Of a stretch of 64,000 nt of DNA, positions 58,852-64,000 are shown piece after piece. The stretch covers positions 402,584-466,583 of the forward strand of contig MHKS01000005.1 in NCBI GenBank assembly GCA_001818495.1, in the 5' to 3' direction. The translations under genes and the position numbers were made by a program. Source of the stretch: Candidatus Komeilibacteria bacterium RIFOXYD1_FULL_37_29 (GTDB taxonomy: Bacteria; Patescibacteriota; Patescibacteriia; UBA1558; GWA2-36-10). The notes beneath the pieces are model-generated. The model was not told the DNA's origin. It was given only the letters and a program-made list of their open reading frames with translations, and did not search any database. How positions within the stretch are numbered: the stretch's first letter is position 1; the number at the start of each line of letters is the position of its first letter.

Positions 58852-59130
58852 ATGCTGGAAAGAAAGCTTCTAGTGCCGGCCAATGTTTTGCAGCTTAAGA
58901 TTAAGCTACCTAATTGCGATGGAGTGCCGGCTACTGGCCCTAAGTGGGTGGAACTCACAGAGGGTTGGGAAAAGGAATTTCCTGCTATTGCTGGCGGGCC
59001 GCTTACGGTTAAAGTAATCAAGGTTGGCCCTTATCGTAAGAAAGACGGGGCCAGAAAATGGATCATCATCCAGTTTGATGGGCCTACCACCAAAGAGGTG
59101 GCCCAAGAAGCGGTTTTAGTCTGTTCCTGA
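58852..59130 (+). CDS. Hypothetical protein (92 aa, elevated GC, own promoter/SD/terminator)
   Basis: TTGACA-N17-TAGATT (58761-58789), SD GAGAGGAG (58837-58844), downstream hairpin. Confidence 0.6.
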   Translation: MLERKLLVPANVLQLKIKLPNCDGVPATGPKWVELTEGWEKEFPAIAGGPLTVKVIKVGPYRKKDGARKWIIIQFDGPTTKEVAQEAVLVCS

Positions 59131-59158
59131 GATTATCAGTAAACGGACGGTCAGTGTA

Positions 59159-59194
59159 TAAGGGGTGTTAATCATTGTTGATTAATGCCCCTTA
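59159..59194. terminator. Terminator-like hairpin
   Basis: TAAGGGGTGTTAATCA-TTGT-TGATTAATGCCCCTTA. Confidence 0.7.
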
Positions 59195-59211
59195 ATTTGT
59201 ATTATTTAGTA

Positions 59212-59240
59212 TTGACAAAATAATACAAATATAGTATATT
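59212..59240 (+). promoter_or_regulatory. Sigma70 promoter of def-fmt (apparently leaderless)
   Basis: TTGACA-N17-TATATT, then 6 nt to ATG 59247. Confidence 0.7.
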
Positions 59241-59246
59241 ATTTTT

Positions 59247-59747
59247 ATGCTTAAAATTGCTAAATATCCAGATCCAATATTAAGAAAAACCGCTAAATCA
59301 ATTAGCGATTTTAATGATTATTTGAAAAAATTAGCTGCTGATATGGCCGAGGCTATGTACCATGATGATGGCATTGGTTTGGCGGCACCGCAGATTAGCC
59401 AGAGTCTTAGACTAGTAGTATTAGGTTTGGGCAAGGGACAATATAAGAGCTATGTTAATCCGGAGATAACTTTTTTTTCCAAAGAAAAAATATCTAGCGA
59501 CGAGGGTTGTTTGTCTTTGCCTAAAATATTTGGCACAGTTACTCGAGCAAAAAAAATACATATTAAGTATCATGATGTAGATGGTCAGATCAAGAAGGAA
59601 AAAATAAAAGGCCTAGGAGCCATTGTTTTACAGCACGAGGTTGATCATTTGAATGGAATTTTGTTTATTGATCGCGCTGAAAAAATTACAGAAGGACAGG
59701 CTATTTTAGACTCTCTAAAGAAAAAACTGAATGAGCAAATTAAATAA
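59247..59747 (+). CDS. def: Peptide deformylase
   Basis: GIGLAAPQ, EGCLS, QHEVDHLNG. Confidence 0.96.
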   Translation: MLKIAKYPDPILRKTAKSISDFNDYLKKLAADMAEAMYHDDGIGLAAPQISQSLRLVVLGLGKGQYKSYVNPEITFFSKEKISSDEGCLSLPKIFGTVTRAKKIHIKYHDVDGQIKKEKIKGLGAIVLQHEVDHLNGILFIDRAEKITEGQAILDSLKKKLNEQIK

Positions 59748-60675
59748 ACAAATTATATTTTGGGGTACGCCACAATTTGCCATACCTTCTTTAGACTCTT
59801 TGTATAAATTAGGTATACTGGCAGCCGTGGTCACTCAACCCAACAGACCAGCTGGTCGAGGCAAAAAAATATTAGCTAGTCCAGTAAAATCTTATGCTTT
59901 AGAAAATGATATTACTATTTTAGAACCAGACTCATTGGATACTAATTTTGAAGTAGCTATAAAAAAATATTTACCAGCTACTTTTGTCATAGTGGCTTAT
60001 GGAAAAATTATTCCCCAAAGAATATTGGATTTATCAGAGCTTCCAGCTATAAATATTCACCCGTCTTTACTGCCAGTATTACGCGGACCATCACCAATAC
60101 AAACAGCTGTTTTAAGCAGTTTCAAGTCCACGGGGGTATCACTTATGCAATTGGACAAAAAGATGGACCACGGGCCAATTTTGAGCCAAATAAAGGCTAA
60201 AATAGGCTCTGAAGAGGATTATCTGGGGCTGTCTGAACGTTTGTCACAGCTAGGGGCTGATCTTTTGGCTCAAAACATCGGCGCTTATTTGAGTGGTCAG
60301 CTTACTCCTCTAGCCCAAGATGATAGCCAAGCTACTTATTGTCACCTGATCAAAAAAGAAGACGGACAAATTGATTTTAAAAAAACTGCTCAGCAAATTC
60401 ATAATCAAGTCAGAGCTTATAATAAATGGCCAGGCGCCCAAGCTACTTTGGACGATTTAGAATTAAAGATTTTAGAAACAAAAATAAGTAAGATAGATTT
60501 AAAACCCGGACAAAGCAGTTTTGATCAAAAAAATATTTTTGTCGGCACGTCCTTGGGTAGTATTCAGATATTAAAACTGCAACCGGCTGGTAAAAAAATT
60601 ATGTTAGCGGAAGAATTTATCAGAGGCTATCAGAAATATTTAAATAAAAACTTTATACTAAAAACACTCTCTTAA
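59731..60675 (+). CDS. fmt: Methionyl-tRNA formyltransferase
   Basis: FWGTPQFA, VTQPNRPAGRG, VAYG, NIHPSLLP.LRGPSP, MDHGP; follows def. Confidence 0.95.
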   Translation: MSKLNKQIIFWGTPQFAIPSLDSLYKLGILAAVVTQPNRPAGRGKKILASPVKSYALENDITILEPDSLDTNFEVAIKKYLPATFVIVAYGKIIPQRILDLSELPAINIHPSLLPVLRGPSPIQTAVLSSFKSTGVSLMQLDKKMDHGPILSQIKAKIGSEEDYLGLSERLSQLGADLLAQNIGAYLSGQLTPLAQDDSQATYCHLIKKEDGQIDFKKTAQQIHNQVRAYNKWPGAQATLDDLELKILETKISKIDLKPGQSSFDQKNIFVGTSLGSIQILKLQPAGKKIMLAEEFIRGYQKYLNKNFILKTLS

Positions 60676-60685
60676 GGAGTGTTTT
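60661..60685. terminator. Bidirectional terminator
   Basis: AAAACACTC-N7-GAGTGTTTT between convergent genes. Confidence 0.7.
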
Positions 60686-60708
60686 TTAAATATAAATTTT
60701 AAGTTTAA

Positions 60709-62226
60709 TTAGACTTTCTTTTTTTCAGTAACCCAAAATCCCAAATATTTTCCAAGCATGAGTCTGGTTTGAGCATCAATAGCTGGGATAGAACCAAAAA
60801 GTATCATAGTAATGGGGAAAATAATCCATTGTAAGAGCATCATCAAGTATTTAAAAGGCAAAGTAAACACGGTCTTTCGGCGATTTAATGGTAATGGTGG
60901 CAATATGATGACACTCATAAAAGCAATCATGACCATACCGACCATACCCAAACGCATTAAATTTTCTAGCATCAAAGGAGTGTTTTGGGTCAGGACAGTG
61001 GTCATGTTTTGTTTTTCCGCTATCCATAGTGGCAAATAACCCATGAAAAATATAATAATTGGGGCTGTGGCCCAGGTATAGACTCCTTCGGTTTGATTCC
61101 AAACATAAATCCATTTTCTGGACAGGGGTATTTTTTTATTGCGAGAAAATCTCCAAACCATGTAAGGAAAATGTTCTACGCCATAAGCCCAGCGACGCAT
61201 TTGTTTATATTGGCTAATTAAACTGCGATGAATATTACCAACATGCACAGTATTCATAGAAACGGGAATATGCATCGGCACAACTTCATAATCTCCGTCA
61301 TAGTGTATCAAACATTGTAAAAATATTCTGGAATCTTCAGTCACAATATTATTTTGCCAAAAACCAATCTCTGTCAGTGCTTGCCAACTCATCGAGTGAG
61401 AGGAAAAAGTAAATAATCTTTCTGGACGAGCCAAATCAGTCAAGAGCCAAAAAGTAGTGGAGTTGGCTACTAGACGGGTGATAATATCTGATTCCCAGAC
61501 ATTATTGTGATAGAAAGCCATTGGCTGGAATGAGGCATGATAGGGATTTTTGTGGGATATAAATTTATGAGTTAAATAGGCAAAATAATCTGGATGAGAA
61601 ATAGTATCTATATCAAAGGTAGAGACAATTATTTTTTTATAATCAAAATTTTGAGAATCAACATATTTTTTAACCTCATAGCCAGCATGATAGAGATTTG
61701 ATCCCTTGCCTGCCAATTCCCCCTTTAGGTTGCTTGGGTGTAAGGTGACTATCACTTTGTGGAATATATTGGCGTATTTATTTTCTATTTGTTTAGCCAC
61801 GCTGTAAAATTGTTCACGAAAACGTTCTTCGCCAGCTAAGACCACAATCATTTTTTGCTTGTTGTATTTGGTTTTGTAAGCCAAATTATCAAAAGTGCCA
61901 TCTACTACTTCAAAAGGTTCTCCGGCGGTTGGTAAAAATATAATATGATAATATTCTTCCCATTTTTTGCCATAGGTATTTTGTAAAAAATTCCACCAAT
62001 CCACTCTATTAGCCTGACGATATTTAGACCAGGAAATTATTAAAAATATCATCATATAAAGAATACGCAAGACAAAATAAACATCAAAAATTATGATAAA
62101 GTATATGCCATGGAGTGGCGATATGATAGATAATAAAATGGCGAAAATAAAAGTAAACCAAATAGATAGGCCGGGTAGTATTTCTAAAAATCTATACTTA
62201 TAATAATTTTTTTGTTGTTTATTCAT
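60709..62226 (-). CDS. Membrane-embedded processive-type GT2 glycosyltransferase
   Basis: N- and C-terminal TM helices, GKG, FDID, VTED, QMRRW (QxxRW). Confidence 0.8.
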   Translation of the reverse strand: MNKQQKNYYKYRFLEILPGLSIWFTFIFAILLSIISPLHGIYFIIIFDVYFVLRILYMMIFLIISWSKYRQANRVDWWNFLQNTYGKKWEEYYHIIFLPTAGEPFEVVDGTFDNLAYKTKYNKQKMIVVLAGEERFREQFYSVAKQIENKYANIFHKVIVTLHPSNLKGELAGKGSNLYHAGYEVKKYVDSQNFDYKKIIVSTFDIDTISHPDYFAYLTHKFISHKNPYHASFQPMAFYHNNVWESDIITRLVANSTTFWLLTDLARPERLFTFSSHSMSWQALTEIGFWQNNIVTEDSRIFLQCLIHYDGDYEVVPMHIPVSMNTVHVGNIHRSLISQYKQMRRWAYGVEHFPYMVWRFSRNKKIPLSRKWIYVWNQTEGVYTWATAPIIIFFMGYLPLWIAEKQNMTTVLTQNTPLMLENLMRLGMVGMVMIAFMSVIILPPLPLNRRKTVFTLPFKYLMMLLQWIIFPITMILFGSIPAIDAQTRLMLGKYLGFWVTEKKKV

Positions 62227-63304
62227 AAAGATGATAGTCTCCGCTTTCTAGGCCAACAGCTTCAGAAATATGTTTGAAATTGTCATTGGCCAAAAGATTT
62301 TCCAATTGTCTATTGATTATATTGATAGTCATCGGGCCATTGTAGATGAGTCCGGTGATCAGTTGGACTAAATTGGCGCCGGCTTTGATTTTTTTATAGG
62401 CATCGTAGCCGGAAAAAATTCCGCCTGTGCCAATGATTTTATATTGACCTTCGCTGTTTTGATAAAGATAAGCTATTATTTTATCTACTCTATCTCTTAT
62501 TTTCTCTCCAGAGATTCCACCGGGTTTATCTCGGTGGAGTGATTTTAAGTCTAAAGATCCCCTATCTTTAGCCAAGTTGCAGGCTATGATAGCGTCAATA
62601 TGGTATTTTTTACTTAAATAAATAATATCATCTAGCTCTGCTTTGGACAAATCTTGCCCAATTTTTAGCCAAATAGGTTTTTGTTGTTTATTGATTGATT
62701 GTACTCTTTCTAAAATTGGTTCTAATAATTTTTTTGATTGTAAACCAGTAAAATTGTCTACATTGGGACAACTGAGATTGATAGTAATTATATCAGCGTA
62801 TGGAGACACTACTTCAAAAGTAGCTTGATAATCATCGGCGGCTTGCTCGAGCGCTATGTCATTACTTTTGGCAATGCTGGCTGATATCAAACCAGTTTTT
62901 TTCTTGAGTTGTTCCACTATTTTATGAGCGCCTTGATTATATAAACCATAATAGACTACTAAGCCTTTATCTTGCGGTAATCTCCACAAGCGCGGTTTTT
63001 TATTACCACTTTGAGCTTGATAAGTAATAGACCCAATCTCTGCCCAAGCAAAGCCCATGGCTGACCAGGTATTGATAGCTTGGCCATTTTTGTCCAATCC
63101 AGCGGCTAGGCCAATCGGGTTTTTAAAATTTAAGCCACAGAGTCTTTGACGCAAACGCGGCGAAGTATAATTTAATTTGGCTTTTAATAAAACGTTTAAT
63201 AATTTATATTTGCTAAAAAAAGATAAACCCCAGATAGTAAAATTGTGAATTTTCTCTGGGTCAATAAGAAATAGAATTGGTCGGATTACTCTTTGGTAAA
63301 ACAT
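62219..63304 (-). CDS. pyrD: Quinone-dependent dihydroorotate dehydrogenase (class 2)
   Basis: DPEKIH, NPIGLAAGLDKNG, GNKKPRLWRL, INLSCPN, GGISG, GTGGI, GANLVQL. Confidence 0.9.
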   Translation of the reverse strand: MFYQRVIRPILFLIDPEKIHNFTIWGLSFFSKYKLLNVLLKAKLNYTSPRLRQRLCGLNFKNPIGLAAGLDKNGQAINTWSAMGFAWAEIGSITYQAQSGNKKPRLWRLPQDKGLVVYYGLYNQGAHKIVEQLKKKTGLISASIAKSNDIALEQAADDYQATFEVVSPYADIITINLSCPNVDNFTGLQSKKLLEPILERVQSINKQQKPIWLKIGQDLSKAELDDIIYLSKKYHIDAIIACNLAKDRGSLDLKSLHRDKPGGISGEKIRDRVDKIIAYLYQNSEGQYKIIGTGGIFSGYDAYKKIKAGANLVQLITGLIYNGPMTINIINRQLENLLANDNFKHISEAVGLESGDYHLYE

Positions 63305-63306
63305 TT

Positions 63307-63579
63307 TTATTTGAGTATATTAGTCAATTGTTTTTTTGATTCTTTTAAAATTTCTTTATATATTTTTTGGATAAATGTTTTATTTAAATTTTTTGACTGA
63401 GCAAAAGTTAAAACATTTTTAATTATTTGTTTTTCTCTTTGACGGTCGTAGATTTTATTTGGGTTTTTAAACCTAGCTATTTTTTTGCTTAGCTTAAATC
63501 TCAGTGCCAGAGCATCAATGATTTTTTGATCAGCTCTATCAATCTCTTTTCGAATTTTTTCTAGGTTATTTTTTATCAT
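63307..63579 (-). CDS. Chorismate mutase type II (AroQ) domain protein
   Basis: LEKIRKEIDRADQKII.AL..RF, IARFK, DRQRE, ILKESKKQ. Confidence 0.8.
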   Translation of the reverse strand: MIKNNLEKIRKEIDRADQKIIDALALRFKLSKKIARFKNPNKIYDRQREKQIIKNVLTFAQSKNLNKTFIQKIYKEILKESKKQLTNILK

Positions 63580-63658
63580 AAATTTAGCTATACTTTAGCA
63601 AAAAAGGCCTATTTTTTCAAGTTTTAATTTATAGGTTATTATAATCTTTTTAATTAAA

Positions 63659-63674
63659 TAGCTAATATTAGCTA
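63659..63674. promoter_or_regulatory. 16-bp perfect palindrome, copy 2 (candidate operator)
   Basis: TAGCTAATATTAGCTA, 27 nt upstream of TTGACA at 63702. Confidence 0.6.
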
Positions 63675-63701
63675 GATTTTTTGTTATAAACTTGTTTAAT
63701 A

Positions 63702-63730
63702 TTGACAAAAGACTAAATATAGTGTATAAT
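63702..63730 (+). promoter_or_regulatory. Consensus sigma70 promoter
   Basis: TTGACA-N17-TATAAT. Confidence 0.85.
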
Positions 63731-63835
63731 AATAAATTAAATAGAATTAATCTATTTGTACCATACAACTTAAGAAAACAAGATCTAATAAACAGTTTTC
63801 TCACTTCACAACTATTTTTTCAGGAAGGGTGTACA

Positions 63836-64000
63836 ATGCGCAAAATGAAAACCTCTCTTATGGTGATGGCTCTTGTAGCTGTCCTCTGCTCTCTGTCTCT
63901 GGCTGCTCCGGTCACTGATTCGGTCCAGATCACCGGTGTCAATGGCGCCAAGGTCTATGTCTTGGTTACCCAGAATGTTATTGACAGCTTGCGACAGGCT
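63836..64000 (+). CDS. Secreted hypothetical protein, GC-richer than flanks, 3'-truncated (not in ORF track)
   Basis: Manual translation MRKMKTSLMVMALVAVLCSLSLAAPVTDSVQITGVNGAKVYVLVTQNVIDSLRQA; Sec signal peptide; SD-like AGGAAGGG. Confidence 0.7.
   Translation, partial: MRKMKTSLMVMALVAVLCSLSLAAPVTDSVQITGVNGAKVYVLVTQNVIDSLRQA

Noticed and set aside
63595-63804. 69-aa minus-strand ORF
   Set aside because: Extremely AT-rich and spans two divergent promoters and the palindrome; likely non-coding.
1-64000. Alternative genetic code (UGA=Gly as in Gracilibacteria/Absconditabacteria)
   Set aside because: Conserved genes are full length under code 11, and TGA ends genes at sensible positions (827, 5489, 6154, 8692, 31585, 38021).

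Overview
AT-rich, gene-dense chromosomal segment using the standard genetic code. Gene content and organisation point to a Patescibacteria/CPR bacterium (inference). In order, it holds: (1) a surface-glycan cluster (GH-A hydrolase, S8 protease with FG-GAP repeats, GT2/GT4/GT-C enzymes, nucleotide-sugar enzymes including rmlB, an rmlD/NRS-ER-like gene and rmlA); (2) a partial dcw cluster (mraY-murD-ftsW-murG-murC-murB); (3) infA-rpmJ-rpsM-rpsK-rpsD-rpoA-rplQ-rplM-rpsI; (4) a second glycan cluster (wzx, GTs, O-antigen-ligase-like gene); (5) housekeeping genes (lysS, rdgB, cyclophilin, serS, alr, ftsQ, Xer recombinase, M23 peptidase, gltX, wecG/tagA, thpR, def, fmt, pyrD, chorismate mutase). The most unusual region is about 12.98-24.25 kb, which looks like a split, modular PEP-synthase/rifampicin-phosphotransferase-like phosphotransfer system. 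It has four tandem genes with divergent N-terminal domains and a conserved phospho-His swivel domain (two share an exact 73-bp 3' end), a fifth copy fused to a winged-helix domain, one stand-alone ATP-binding (PPDK_N) subunit and three histidine-phosphatase-fold genes. No pyruvate-binding barrel is present in the window. Other notable signals: GC-rich genes with their own promoter, SD and terminator; a repeated 16-bp palindrome upstream of promoters; a dif-like 11-6-11 site abutting the xer promoter; two convergent candidate small RNAs (one with an SD-ATG-TAG start-stop ORF); RpoA without alpha-CTD; and several apparently leaderless genes. No rRNA, tRNA, CRISPR array or transposase was recognised. 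All calls are from reading the sequence; no database search was run.
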